Of a DNA stretch of 44,307 nucleotides, positions 16,029 to 24,946 are shown piece after piece. The DNA is taken from UHGV virus genome UHGV-0213691; one strand, 5' to 3'. The stretch is from a virus. The position numbers and the translations under genes were made by a program. Within the stretch, counting starts at the first letter, position 1. Every line of letters starts with the position of its first letter. The notes below the pieces were generated by a model. The model had not been told where the DNA came from and searched no databases. It worked only from the letters and a program-made list of their open reading frames with translations.

Positions 16029-16199
16029 ATGAAACTGAATGACATCGTAACCTGGACCGGTAGAAACGGAGAAAAGCGATTCGGGCTTATCGTTGCGTCA
16101 GACGGCAACAAGTACCGTGTTATGCGATGGCGTCAGTGGGCGAGACGCCCGAGGTACTACTGGATTCGTAGCGAACGCTTATCCCTAAAACACCAATAA
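16029..16199 (+). CDS. Hypothetical protein (56 aa)
   Basis: Not in track; ATG ORF between terminator and next promoter. Confidence 0.3.
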   Translation: MKLNDIVTWTGRNGEKRFGLIVASDGNKYRVMRWRQWARRPRYYWIRSERLSLKHQ

Positions 16200-16206
16200 A
16201 ATTTAC

Positions 16207-16235
16207 TTGCACACTAAGATAGAATAGGCTACTAT
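16207..16235 (+). promoter_or_regulatory. Rightward promoter (TTGCAC-17-TACTAT) with operator AATAGGCTACTATT (16223-16236)
   Basis: Same architecture as 14856-14884. Confidence 0.55.
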
Positions 16236-16266
16236 TCATATACACAGATGAGGGGAGAGACAGAAG

Positions 16267-16404
16267 ATGGGCTGGTACGGTAGCTGGACTTTAGGCGAAC
16301 TGGTAGACGCTTACGAAATACTGGGTAGCACTTCGGTGCGCAACGGCGACACTAAATCGCTGCTAGTCGGGGTAGATGAGAAAAGGGGCGAAGCTGATGA
16401 GTAA
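16267..16404 (+). CDS. Hypothetical protein (45 aa)
   Basis: Not in track; ATG with GAGGGGAG RBS. Confidence 0.3.
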   Translation: MGWYGSWTLGELVDAYEILGSTSVRNGDTKSLLVGVDEKRGEADE

Positions 16405-16810
16405 CAAAAACGAAGTATTCGAGTACTTGATTGACCAACTACGGCAGCAGGTAAATAGCAACCAGTGCGAAGACCTGGAGCGCGAGGTGCAGTCACTTAA
16501 GAATCAGTTACGTGACGCGTCGGCGCAGATTAAGGAGTTGCATCTGGCGCTGGTCCAAGCTACTGGTGATGTGGAGGCGTACAAACTTATACGCAAAGGC
16601 GGGTACGTCAATGGGGGTCAGCGTTACGTGGTGGGTGGACATGTGCCCGCGGCAACGGTAAATTGTCGGTGTACCAAGACTCCTGTACCGCCGGAGCAAT
16701 CTGGTTGCCGTAAGGAAGATACGGATTGGTCTCAATGCCAGCACGATTATATCTATCACGAAACTATATGTGCTAGACGGTGCCTGCATTGCGGGGACGT
16801 TCAGAAATGA
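16397..16810 (+). CDS. Coiled-coil protein with C-terminal Cys/His-rich zinc-finger-like region
   Basis: About 137 aa from ATG 16397 (alternative ATG 16376); CRCTKTP...CARRCLHCG. Confidence 0.5.
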   Translation: MSNKNEVFEYLIDQLRQQVNSNQCEDLEREVQSLKNQLRDASAQIKELHLALVQATGDVEAYKLIRKGGYVNGGQRYVVGGHVPAATVNCRCTKTPVPPEQSGCRKEDTDWSQCQHDYIYHETICARRCLHCGDVQK

Positions 16811-17010
16811 CCAGCATCTTATTTATCTGGGTACTGACCGCAGGCCATATGCAACTCGCAGCATCAGAAACGTTTTATTCGATGGAGGCGTGCCAGTCAG
16901 CGGCACGCGCCGCAGAGAACGCGCACTTCCTGTTCCAGGGCGACAAGCCCAACGATTCGGAGGTACGCGCTATCTGCGCACCCAAGCGACTTGGTAAACA
17001 GGAGAAATGA
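16807..17010 (+). CDS. Small protein with N-terminal signal-peptide-like segment
   Basis: ATGA-coupled; MTSILFIWVLTAGHMQLAASE hydrophobic N-terminus. Confidence 0.4.
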   Translation: MTSILFIWVLTAGHMQLAASETFYSMEACQSAARAAENAHFLFQGDKPNDSEVRAICAPKRLGKQEK

Positions 17011-17261
17011 TTATGGTTAAATTATACGCAGAGCGCGATTTAGAAATGCTAGACATGACTAACAATTATTATTCAAGACATGTTATGGCTATGACAGAGG
17101 AGGGTCTGAACAGTAAATCATCTATCGCCGCGGAGTTGGCGTATCGCGACTGGATTATTGATGAACAGCAAAAAGAGTTACAGAAATACAAGGACCAGTT
17201 CCCGGATTACGTCGAGTGCGCGAACTGTGGGTCAGTTACACATGTGGAAGGGGTGGAGTGA
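17007..17261 (+). CDS. Hypothetical protein (84 aa)
   Basis: ATG with CAGGAG RBS; ATGA-coupled. Confidence 0.45.
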   Translation: MIMVKLYAERDLEMLDMTNNYYSRHVMAMTEEGLNSKSSIAAELAYRDWIIDEQQKELQKYKDQFPDYVECANCGSVTHVEGVE

Positions 17262-17263
17262 AG

Positions 17264-17491
17264 ATGACGAGTAGAGAGCAGTTTGAAAAGTGGTTTAGTG
17301 ATAATTTTGGCAGGCCATATTATTCCGATGAGGAGAGAGATGAATTAGAGGTTTATACGTTTCTGGCGTGGCGAGCATCACGCGAAGAAATTGAAATTAA
17401 AGCGTGTCCTTGCCCAAACGACCACGGCCCGTATGTCGATGACCACTATCGCGAGCAAATTAACAACGCAGGCCTAAAATTGGAAAAATGA
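17264..17491 (+). CDS. Hypothetical protein (75 aa)
   Basis: ATG 17264 with GGAG-rich RBS (track start 17216 is upstream in frame). Confidence 0.45.
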   Translation: MTSREQFEKWFSDNFGRPYYSDEERDELEVYTFLAWRASREEIEIKACPCPNDHGPYVDDHYREQINNAGLKLEK

Positions 17492-17572
17492 TTGTCCAAC
17501 TGGGCAACATCATGAAAGCAGATATCATTCAGCTTGAGGATTACGGTATACAACTCGCGGAGATTGTGGAAC

Positions 17573-17866
17573 ATGAGCCTTGCAACTGACATCCTGAAAC
17601 GAAGCGGCCTTGCGCCGCTTTCACCGAGAGCGAACACCCGGATATACAAGCGCCGCCGTAACGCGCTGTACCCTGAGATTCAGGCCAGACGCAAAGCGGT
17701 CCGCGCCTGTGGATTCCAGAACGGTAAGGCCGTGAATCTTGGTGAGTTTAAAACACAGGAACGCGCGGCTATCGCTAATCGGTTATTTAATTACTGGAAA
17801 TCGCTCGGATACGATGATATTCCGACGAAGCCGCAGAGACGACAATACATCTGGAGACATAAATAA
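17573..17866 (+). CDS. Basic hypothetical protein (about 97 aa)
   Basis: ATG 17573 (track TTG 17534 is in frame); R/K-rich. Confidence 0.4.
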   Translation: MSLATDILKRSGLAPLSPRANTRIYKRRRNALYPEIQARRKAVRACGFQNGKAVNLGEFKTQERAAIANRLFNYWKSLGYDDIPTKPQRRQYIWRHK

Positions 17867-17896
17867 ACCGTTATTAAGATAATTCCTACCCGTGGT

Positions 17897-17936
17897 ATCC
17901 TCCAGTTACTGCATACTTAATACGCACCTGGAGGAT
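17897..17936 (+). promoter_or_regulatory. Stem-loop sequestering the holin RBS
   Basis: ATCCTCCAG (17897-17905) pairs with CTGGAGGAT (17928-17936); the 3' arm contains GGAGGA, 8 nt before the holin TTG start. Confidence 0.4.
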
Positions 17937-17941
17937 TCATC

Positions 17942-18250
17942 TTGGATAAATTTACTGAAACAGTGACGGGGTGGCTTCTGGCTGCCGCACTCGCCGGTGG
18001 GGTAATCGGACTAAGGCAACATAAGTCCGTTATTTCCGGCCCTATCGACGGATTCTGCTTTATTGCAACCGGCTTCACCTGCGCCGTATTTGGTGCACCT
18101 CTTGCAGCGCAATGGTTTGGAATTACCGGGGAGCGTGAGATAGCTGGCCTCGGATTCATCATCGCAATTCTCTGGATGCCCATCTATTCCCGTCTCTCCG
18201 GTATCGTCGCCGGAGAATACATCGCACGTCGAGGAGGCACAGATGAATGA
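17942..18250 (+). CDS. Putative holin
   Basis: 102 aa with three hydrophobic segments; TTG start with GGAGGA RBS; immediately upstream of endolysin. Confidence 0.55.
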   Translation: MDKFTETVTGWLLAAALAGGVIGLRQHKSVISGPIDGFCFIATGFTCAVFGAPLAAQWFGITGEREIAGLGFIIAILWMPIYSRLSGIVAGEYIARRGGTDE

Positions 18251-18515
18251 GTTATTCTGGTTCGGCGGTATGCTGGCAATCGGGGGCACATCTCTGTTTA
18301 ATGTATATCATCCGAGCGTTGACGATGGGCTGTTCGGGCGTGTGCTCTATATCCTGACCGCTATTGTCTGCGCCGCCGGGTGTATCCACCTGTTACAGGG
18401 CAGCATGTCACCGACGTTGCCTGAGACATTAATCACATTAGTTGCGCTGCGCCAGATTCGTCAGGCGTGGTTGTCATACGGAGGATATAAGCGTGTCTCG
18501 AAATATTTCAGATAA
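18243..18515 (+). CDS. Second small membrane protein of lysis cassette (holin/antiholin-like)
   Basis: 90 aa, two hydrophobic segments; ATG overlaps holin 3' end; precedes endolysin. Confidence 0.45.
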   Translation: MNELFWFGGMLAIGGTSLFNVYHPSVDDGLFGRVLYILTAIVCAAGCIHLLQGSMSPTLPETLITLVALRQIRQAWLSYGGYKRVSKYFR

Positions 18516-18981
18516 TGGATTGCATTTTACCGCCGCGTTCGAGGGGTTCCGCGGAACTGCGTATCGCGCTACGCCGAACGAGAAGTACCTTACCATAGGC
18601 TACGGTCACTACGGGCCGGATGTAACACCAGGCAAGACCATTACGCCTGGGCAAGGCCTCCTGTTGCTGAATCGCGATATGGCTAAGGCCGTAGCTGCGG
18701 TTGACGCAGCCGCACACCATTCGCTTACACAGGCTCAGTTCGATGCAGTGTGCGACCTGGTATATAACGCTGGTGCTGGCGTGATTGCGGCTACTACCGG
18801 AACCGGTAAGGCGCTGCGTTCTGGCGATATTGCGACACTGCGGGCTAAGCTGGCGCTGTTCATCAATCAGAACGGCAAACCGTTACTCGGCCTGCGCCGC
18901 CGTACAGCCGGTCGTCTGGCGCTGTTCGACGGTAAACCGTGGCGGGAGGCTGAGGCTATCGGGCGCGCGGTGAAAGGTTGA
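18493..18981 (+). CDS. Endolysin, lysozyme-like (GH24-type)
   Basis: About 162 aa from GTG 18493 with GGAGGA RBS; HFTAAFEGFRGTAYRATPNEKYLTIGYGH matches the lysozyme catalytic region. Confidence 0.75.
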   Translation: MSRNISDNGLHFTAAFEGFRGTAYRATPNEKYLTIGYGHYGPDVTPGKTITPGQGLLLLNRDMAKAVAAVDAAAHHSLTQAQFDAVCDLVYNAGAGVIAATTGTGKALRSGDIATLRAKLALFINQNGKPLLGLRRRTAGRLALFDGKPWREAEAIGRAVKG

Positions 18982-19045
18982 CACATAATACTAATCCGAC
19001 GATACTTAAATCACCTCCTGCTCCATCCCTCTGCTCTCCAGTTTT

Positions 19046-19079
19046 ATCCCGGCCCTGGCACAGCCGGGATTTTTTTTTA
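19046..19079 (+). terminator. Strong intrinsic terminator after lysis cassette
   Basis: ATCCCGGC-loop-GCCGGGAT followed by T9. Confidence 0.8.
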
Positions 19080-19100
19080 TTTATTTTCTGCAATGACTAG

Positions 19101-19129
19101 TTGACTATTACCCTAGACCCTATTATATT
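19101..19129 (+). promoter_or_regulatory. Sigma70-like promoter (TTGACT-17-TATATT)
   Basis: Directly after terminator; contains ACCCTATTATATT, related to the spacer of the TTGCAC promoters. Confidence 0.45.
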
Positions 19130-19162
19130 TACTCCATCAACAACGAGAACGGAGTAGAGAAA

Positions 19163-19312
19163 ATGAAAATCACAGATATCGAAGCATTCAAAGACGCACA
19201 ACTGATGGCACGCATCGCAGTTAGTAACCTGAGCAACAGCATTCCCGCGGATGCGTTCTGGTTCGCCGCGATGCAGACACTGAAAGCAGCTTATGCAGGA
19301 GAGAAGAAATGA
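19163..19312 (+). CDS. Hypothetical protein (49 aa)
   Basis: Not in track; ATG with GGAG RBS. Confidence 0.3.
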   Translation: MKITDIEAFKDAQLMARIAVSNLSNSIPADAFWFAAMQTLKAAYAGEKK

Positions 19313-19467
19313 GCGAACAAGGTCCAGTGAGCCAACCATTACGAGTAGGCCGTAAAGTCAGTCACACCCCGTTCCCGACACGCGAGGAACTGATGAAACG
19401 TAACAGTTTCCCGGGGCCGGACAAGAACAAGTATCTCAATCGCATGTGGGGAGAGCGTAAAGAATGA
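19309..19467 (+). CDS. Hypothetical protein (52 aa)
   Basis: Not in track; ATGA-coupled. Confidence 0.3.
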   Translation: MSEQGPVSQPLRVGRKVSHTPFPTREELMKRNSFPGPDKNKYLNRMWGERKE

Positions 19468-19637
19468 CTAATAACGAATACGAGAAACTTAGCGTCGAAT
19501 CCGCAACCGGTGAATCTGAAATCGCGTGGATTGACTCCCACATTGAGCACCACTTACGGCAGGTAGATAAACTTATGGAACGCCGCCGCGAACTGATTAA
19601 CCGCTTCAACCTGAACAAAGGTGACACTGATGCCTAA
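19464..19637 (+). CDS. Hypothetical protein (57 aa)
   Basis: Not in track; ATGA-coupled. Confidence 0.3.
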   Translation: MTNNEYEKLSVESATGESEIAWIDSHIEHHLRQVDKLMERRRELINRFNLNKGDTDA

Positions 19638-19878
19638 AATCACAATCGCATCACTTGAGCGCCGTATTCTGGTGCTTGAGTCAGAGAAACAGACGTTAGG
19701 CGGGCAACTGTCGATTAACGGTGAGTACCAGTTAGCCGCATTTAAGGTTCTTCTCATGTTGTTGAGAGGAGAAGAGGAAAAGATGAACGCCTGCGAGCAT
19801 GATTACCGCCTGCATTTAGTTGATGGGGTACATCGAGCCACATGCTTAAAATGTGGTAAAGCGTATGGAGTCGCCTAA
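19630..19878 (+). CDS. Hypothetical protein with C-terminal Cys/His motif
   Basis: ATG 19630; coiled-coil region then CEHDYRLHL...CLKCG. Confidence 0.4.
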   Translation: MPKITIASLERRILVLESEKQTLGGQLSINGEYQLAAFKVLLMLLRGEEEKMNACEHDYRLHLVDGVHRATCLKCGKAYGVA

Positions 19879-20047
19879 ACCAGTAGTAATTGATGGTGTC
19901 CTGTGGAAACCTTACTCGGTTAACCACATCGACGCCGACGGGAAGAAGTTCAGCTTCTACATTTTTGCAATTAGCCGTGAGCACGCCGCTTGTGTGGTCG
20001 ACGATATACGAGAAACGGCGTGGCTCGGTGATGAGATAGTGGGGTAG
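19865..20047 (+). CDS. Hypothetical protein
   Basis: ATG 19865 (track start 19853 is GTG). Confidence 0.35.
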   Translation: MESPKPVVIDGVLWKPYSVNHIDADGKKFSFYIFAISREHAACVVDDIRETAWLGDEIVG

Positions 20048-20049
20048 TT

Positions 20050-20310
20050 ATGGAACAGATTGAGCAACTCAAGAAGAACAATAAAGACCTTAAGAAGGCT
20101 CTCGACAGAATTAACGGTAAATATTCAAAAGCGACCCAGGAACTTACCGCTGCGAAACTGGAGATTGAACACTTAACGCGTGTTCGCGACATTCTGGAGA
20201 ACGCCGAGACTTTGCGCAGCCAGAGGGCTTGGATTGATACGCCAGTATCAATTTTGATTGGTGTAGCGGTTGGGATGATATTTATGTGGGGTGTTGGGCA
20301 TGTTCAGTGA
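20050..20310 (+). CDS. Coiled-coil protein with C-terminal transmembrane segment
   Basis: 86 aa; heptad-like N-terminus; hydrophobic VSILIGVAVGMIFMWGV at C-terminus. Confidence 0.45.
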   Translation: MEQIEQLKKNNKDLKKALDRINGKYSKATQELTAAKLEIEHLTRVRDILENAETLRSQRAWIDTPVSILIGVAVGMIFMWGVGHVQ

Positions 20311-20467
20311 CATCAACGCAGCAATCGAAGAAGCAATCTGGCGTCGCTACAACGGAGAGCAGCAACGGCACTTCTGCCTCGTGCAACGAGGTAACATGAT
20401 TGCTGTGGTTCAAGACCGTGATAACAAATACCCGAATGCGATGTGGACAACGAGGAATTTCTTATGA
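20300..20467 (+). CDS. Hypothetical protein (55 aa)
   Basis: Not in track; overlaps previous gene end. Confidence 0.3.
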   Translation: MFSDINAAIEEAIWRRYNGEQQRHFCLVQRGNMIAVVQDRDNKYPNAMWTTRNFL

Positions 20468-20664
20468 CGAAACACTTCTTAATTGGTTTCAACTGGGCGG
20501 ACAATACCGGGCGTAGTGGGTTTGGGAATACTGAGCAAGTACTCACCGGCAGTGATAAATTCACCTACAGCGAACTAAGGGAAATTGAACAGGACATCGC
20601 AAAATCTCTCCCGAACGGCGCCGAAGTTATTATTCTTAGTGTATCGGAGATTGCACCAGAATGA
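20464..20664 (+). CDS. Hypothetical protein (66 aa)
   Basis: ATGA-coupled ATG 20464. Confidence 0.4.
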   Translation: MTKHFLIGFNWADNTGRSGFGNTEQVLTGSDKFTYSELREIEQDIAKSLPNGAEVIILSVSEIAPE

Positions 20665-20897
20665 TTACCAGCATTCCGAACCTGATTAAAGAATTCGGCA
20701 CGATGGCGGAGGCATGCCGACAAACCGGCATCAACGAAATGACGATTGCGAAGTACAGCAAAGACGTTGATTGCGAGCGCCACGTAATTTATAACAACCG
20801 TCTGATGACGCACGTTAAGACAAGCCCGGTGTTATTCACGCGCCGTGGTATCACTAAAACAGAGCAACGTATTGCTAAAGAGGAGAGCGGGGGATGA
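20661..20897 (+). CDS. Hypothetical protein, possible HTH
   Basis: 78 aa; ATGA-coupled; GTMAEACRQTGINEMTIAKYS. Confidence 0.4.
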   Translation: MITSIPNLIKEFGTMAEACRQTGINEMTIAKYSKDVDCERHVIYNNRLMTHVKTSPVLFTRRGITKTEQRIAKEESGG

Positions 20898-21073
20898 TTA
20901 TCTTAGAATTACTTAACAACATCGGCCTCAAGGTGTTTTGGTTCGCGTTTTTAATGGCTTTCTGGGTCAACCCAAAAACATTTACCAATCTACCCAGATA
21001 TATCTGGTGGCCTATGTTTTTCGGGTTAGCGACGTCTGGTATCGCGGACGCCATGTTGAGATTCTTAAAATGA
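20894..21073 (+). CDS. Small membrane protein (59 aa)
   Basis: Not in track; ATGA-coupled; two hydrophobic segments; preferred over overlapping track ORF 20938-21171. Confidence 0.35.
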   Translation: MIILELLNNIGLKVFWFAFLMAFWVNPKTFTNLPRYIWWPMFFGLATSGIADAMLRFLK

Positions 21074-21175
21074 GACTACTAATCATCCCTAACGCCTGGG
21101 CTATCGCTGTAGCTAACAACCACTACGGCGGCGACGGTAAAATAGCACTACGACACGGCCTATATAACTAATACA

Positions 21176-21198
21176 AGCCCTCTACGGAGGGCTTTTCT
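21176..21198 (+). terminator. Intrinsic terminator before packaging genes
   Basis: AGCCCTC-TACG-GAGGGCT followed by TTTTCT. Confidence 0.6.
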
Positions 21199-21292
21199 GT
21201 ACATCCCGCCTAATCCCCCTATATAATCCCTTTAGACGCGTAGGGCGCGTCTGATGCGCTCTGATGGTCAGACGCATATGCAAGGGGATTCT

Positions 21293-21838
21293 ATGAAGCT
21301 GAAACTCAAGCAGCCATCGCCAGAGGTGGTGCAAGCTGCGCATGAAGAGGCTGTTAGTGCAAACCGTCGCCGTAGACGACCGCGCGGCAAACAGAGCCTT
21401 TATCAATCGTCCCGCAATTCCGCAGCGTTGTGGGACCCGGACTATTGCGACGAATTAATCGAGTTCTTCGACCGCACGTCGTGGGAACTTGTGCCTACGT
21501 CTAAGGGCGATGAACGCCCGCTGATTCAGGATAAACCACCGTCACTGGCCCGATTCGCCTTACATATTGGCGTCACTATCCCGATTATTAAGCTGTGGCT
21601 GCGCGAGATTCCCGCATTTGCAGAAGCCTATGAAACCGCACAGGCGCTGGAAGAGGCATATTTCACTGAGACAGGGGCCGCGGGTATCTCCGCTACGTTT
21701 GCCGCCGCGAAACTGGGACTCAGCAAAGAGAAACCGGTTGAGTCCACCGAAGAAACAACACCGACTGAGATTATTTTCAGTGTTGCAGAGCCTGTGGGGA
21801 AAATCGTAACAACGAATATGGGCGAGGTAGAGGAATGA
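21293..21838 (+). CDS. Putative terminase small subunit
   Basis: About 181 aa from ATG 21293 with AAGGGG RBS; immediately upstream of and overlapping terL; basic N-terminal region (RRRRRPRGK); call is positional. Confidence 0.5.
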   Translation: MKLKLKQPSPEVVQAAHEEAVSANRRRRRPRGKQSLYQSSRNSAALWDPDYCDELIEFFDRTSWELVPTSKGDERPLIQDKPPSLARFALHIGVTIPIIKLWLREIPAFAEAYETAQALEEAYFTETGAAGISATFAAAKLGLSKEKPVESTEETTPTEIIFSVAEPVGKIVTTNMGEVEE

Positions 21839-23085
21839 GTATTCAGCTATCCGCACCACAGGCGTTATTCCTGAATTGTGATAACAAATACAAAGCCTAT
21901 GTTGGCGGCTTCGGCAGCGGCAAGACGTTCGTTGGCTGTCTCGACCTGCTTACGTTCATGCTCAAGCATCCGGGTACACGCCTCGGCTACTTCGGCCCGA
22001 CATACCCGGCTATCCGCGATATCTTCTACCCGACATTCGAGGAAGCGGCTAACCTGCTCGGCCTTGATGTGCTGGTTAAATCCGGCGACAAAGAAGTCGT
22101 GGTTACTCGCGGTAAGACGGTGCTAGGAACTGTTATCTGCCGCTCGATGGATAACCCCGGTTCGATTGTGGGTTTCAAAATCGCCGCTGCGGTCGTGGAT
22201 GAGTTGGACGTACTGAGCCGCGAGAAAGCTGAGCTGGCGTGGAACAAAATCGTAGCCCGTATGCGTCTGGTTATTCCTGGCGTAACAAACCACATCTCTG
22301 TAACCACGACACCGGAAGGGTTTAAGTTCGTCTTCGCCAAGTTCAAAGATAACCCGACGCCGAGTTACTCAATGGTTCAGGCCTCCACCCACGAGAACGC
22401 GCGATTCCTGCCTCCGGATTACATCAGCTCGCTGACCGAGACTTACCCGGCGCAGTTGATTAACGCATATCTGAACGGTGAGTTCGTCAACCTGACTTCC
22501 GGCAGCGTGTACTACGCGTATGACCGTCTCAAGCACCGCAGCAAAGAGACAATACAACCTGGCGACACGTTATACATAGGGCAGGACTTCAACGTTACGA
22601 AAAACGCCAGCGCCGTGTATGTGCAACGCCAGGACGGGTGGCACGCAGTAGCAGAACTGAAAGGCCTGTTCGATACGCCTGACACCGTGCGCGTTATTAC
22701 CGAGAAGTGGAAGTCACAAGGGCACCGCATCGTCGTGTACCCGGACGCCAGCGGCAAGAACCGCAAGACCAACTCAGCGTCAATCTCTGACATCGCCTTA
22801 CTTCAGCAGGCCGGATTCGATGTGCGGGCTAAATCCGCCAACCCGCCGGTTAAAGACCGTGTTTTAGCGGTGAATACCGCGCTGGAAAAAGGTAAGCTGT
22901 GGGTTAACGACCACTTATGCCCGGAGATAGCCAAGACGCTGGAGCAACAGGCGTACGACGACAACGGAGAGCCAGCTAAAGACGGCATCATTGACCATAT
23001 GGCGGATGCGCTTGGCTATCCTGTAGTTTACGAGATGCCGGTGGTTAAACCAGTAATCAACATCCCGGTGACTTTCGCACTTTAA
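21835..23085 (+). CDS. terL: Terminase large subunit
   Basis: 416 aa; Walker A YVGGFGSGKTF near N-terminus; ATGA overlap with upstream gene. Confidence 0.85.
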   Translation: MSIQLSAPQALFLNCDNKYKAYVGGFGSGKTFVGCLDLLTFMLKHPGTRLGYFGPTYPAIRDIFYPTFEEAANLLGLDVLVKSGDKEVVVTRGKTVLGTVICRSMDNPGSIVGFKIAAAVVDELDVLSREKAELAWNKIVARMRLVIPGVTNHISVTTTPEGFKFVFAKFKDNPTPSYSMVQASTHENARFLPPDYISSLTETYPAQLINAYLNGEFVNLTSGSVYYAYDRLKHRSKETIQPGDTLYIGQDFNVTKNASAVYVQRQDGWHAVAELKGLFDTPDTVRVITEKWKSQGHRIVVYPDASGKNRKTNSASISDIALLQQAGFDVRAKSANPPVKDRVLAVNTALEKGKLWVNDHLCPEIAKTLEQQAYDDNGEPAKDGIIDHMADALGYPVVYEMPVVKPVINIPVTFAL

Positions 23086-23097
23086 GAGGATTATTCA

Positions 23098-24567
23098 ATG
23101 TTAACTATGAACGGTCAGAATCAGGGTGTTAAGACAAAACACCGGGAATGGCTGCATCACTTTGATAAATGGCAGAAGGTACGCCACGCGCTGGAGGGCG
23201 ACCTTATTCGCTACCTGCGCAACGTCGGGAAGAACGAACCGGACCCGACCTACGCGGCACAGCGCCAGGAAGAATACGAGAACGGCGCTATCTGCTACAA
23301 CTTCACCAAGCGCACCCTGGCGGGGATGGTTGGGTCAGTGATGCGTAAAGACCCCGAGCAGATTATTCCGCCTGAGCTTGAGTATCTGTTACGTAACGCC
23401 GACGGCTCCGGTGTCGGGCTGTGGCAGCACGCGCAGGATACGCTGATGGAGGTTGACTCGGTTGGCCGTGGCGGGTTGCTGGTGGACGCCCCGGAGACAG
23501 CCGCGGCAACGGCGGCAGAACAGAACGCAGGATTATTAAATCCGGTAATCGCATTCTACACCGCAGAGAACATCATCAACTGGCGGCTGACACGCATCGG
23601 TTCGGTTAACCGCGTGACAATGGTCGTGTTGCGCGAAGTATGGGAATACTCCGAACCTGGCGCAGAGTTCGAAACAAAATTCGGTGAGCAGTATCGCGTT
23701 CTTGATTTGATTGACGGACGATACCGTCAGCGCATTTACCGCTTCGACGCCGAAGGTGGTGCTCAGGGCGAAGTAATCGAAATATTCCCGGAACTCGGCG
23801 AACAGTTACGCGGAAAAATCCCGTTCACGTTCATCGGGGCGAGCAACAACGACGCAACCATCGACGATGCGCCTTTGCTGCCGTTGGCTGAGCTTAATAT
23901 CGGGCATTTCCGCAACAGCGCGGACAATGAGGAGTCCAGCTTCGTTGTGGGCCAGCCCACTCTGTTCATCGCCCCGGGCGAGAATATGAGCCTGGAGCAG
24001 TGGAAAGAAGCCAACCCACACGGTGTGCGCATGGGGTCGCGTTCTGGCCATAACATCGGCTACGGCGGCAATGCGTTTCTGGTCCAGGCGGGAGAGAACA
24101 ACCTCGCCAAGCAGAACATGCTGGATAAAGAGAATCAGGCCATCCAGATTGGTGCGCAGCTTATCACCCCGACACAGCAAATCACCGCTGAATCTGCCCG
24201 CCTGCAACGCGGCGCTGACACGTCCGTTATGGCGACAATTGCACGTAATGTAAGCATGGCATATACCGATGCATTGCGCTGGGTAGCTGCGATGCTCGGA
24301 TTGCGCGAAGGCACAGAGATTGAGTTCAAACTGAATATGGAGTTCTTCCTGCAACCTATGACCGCGCAGGACCGCGCTCAGTGGATGGCTGATATTAACG
24401 CAGGCCTGCTACCGGCTACTGCTTACTACGCGGCATTACGCAAGGCGGGCGTAACTGACTGGACAGACGAGGACATTCAGAACGCTATTGAGGATGCACC
24501 GCTGCCGTTGGGTGCTGTTACTCAGGTATCTGGGGAGATTCCGCAGTCGGCGCAACCACAACAGTAA
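23098..24567 (+). CDS. Portal protein
   Basis: 489 aa; directly downstream of terL with AAGAGGA RBS; size and position typical. Confidence 0.7.
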   Translation: MLTMNGQNQGVKTKHREWLHHFDKWQKVRHALEGDLIRYLRNVGKNEPDPTYAAQRQEEYENGAICYNFTKRTLAGMVGSVMRKDPEQIIPPELEYLLRNADGSGVGLWQHAQDTLMEVDSVGRGGLLVDAPETAAATAAEQNAGLLNPVIAFYTAENIINWRLTRIGSVNRVTMVVLREVWEYSEPGAEFETKFGEQYRVLDLIDGRYRQRIYRFDAEGGAQGEVIEIFPELGEQLRGKIPFTFIGASNNDATIDDAPLLPLAELNIGHFRNSADNEESSFVVGQPTLFIAPGENMSLEQWKEANPHGVRMGSRSGHNIGYGGNAFLVQAGENNLAKQNMLDKENQAIQIGAQLITPTQQITAESARLQRGADTSVMATIARNVSMAYTDALRWVAAMLGLREGTEIEFKLNMEFFLQPMTAQDRAQWMADINAGLLPATAYYAALRKAGVTDWTDEDIQNAIEDAPLPLGAVTQVSGEIPQSAQPQQ

Positions 24568-24572
24568 AGAAA

Positions 24573-24600
24573 AGGCCCCATAAGGGGCCTTAGACTTTTC
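24573..24600. terminator. Bidirectional intrinsic terminator
   Basis: AGGCCCC-ATAA-GGGGCCT hairpin; T-rich on minus side, TTTTCC on plus side. Confidence 0.65.
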
Positions 24601-24904
24601 CTATTAGTTTTTTAATTCTATCGCGTTCCATTCTTTTTCCTTCCTCTACACCCTCATTGAAGTATCTTTCTGCATCTTCATCGTTGGACTTACGAACTGC
24701 GGCACCCTCTCTATATAGCTCTTGATTGTCGCGCAATACCTTAATCTTAGCTATTATTTCGTTAAAAGGTGCGTCAGCACGTATTTTAAGCATAGACCTT
24801 ACCTGCTCTACGAACCAAGCAAAATTAGGCTTTTTTGCTAATTTATCTCTTAAAACAGCGTTCTCTTGTTCCGCTTTTGTGGCGCGAGCACGATAATCAA
24901 TCAT
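24590..24904 (-). CDS. Reverse-oriented moron: hypothetical charged protein (104 aa)
   Basis: ATG with GAGAGG RBS; own promoter and terminator; AT-richer than flanks. Confidence 0.5.
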   Translation of the reverse strand: MIDYRARATKAEQENAVLRDKLAKKPNFAWFVEQVRSMLKIRADAPFNEIIAKIKVLRDNQELYREGAAVRKSNDEDAERYFNEGVEEGKRMERDRIKKLIGKV

Positions 24905-24946
24905 TTTAGTAAACCTCTCTTTCCGTTCAATAGCACCTATACGTGA

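Noticed and set aside
17488-17589. 33-aa ORF ATGA-coupled to gene 17264-17491
   Set aside because: Overlaps the better-supported 17573-17866 ORF out of frame; too short and uncharacteristic to call.
20938-21171. 77-aa plus-strand track ORF
   Set aside because: The alternative frame 20894-21073 is ATGA-coupled to the upstream gene and encodes a clean membrane protein; only the 3' part (ATG 21070-21171, 33 aa) might be real.
23806-24354. 182-aa ORF antisense to the portal gene
   Set aside because: Same reasoning: antisense artefact within a well-supported gene.
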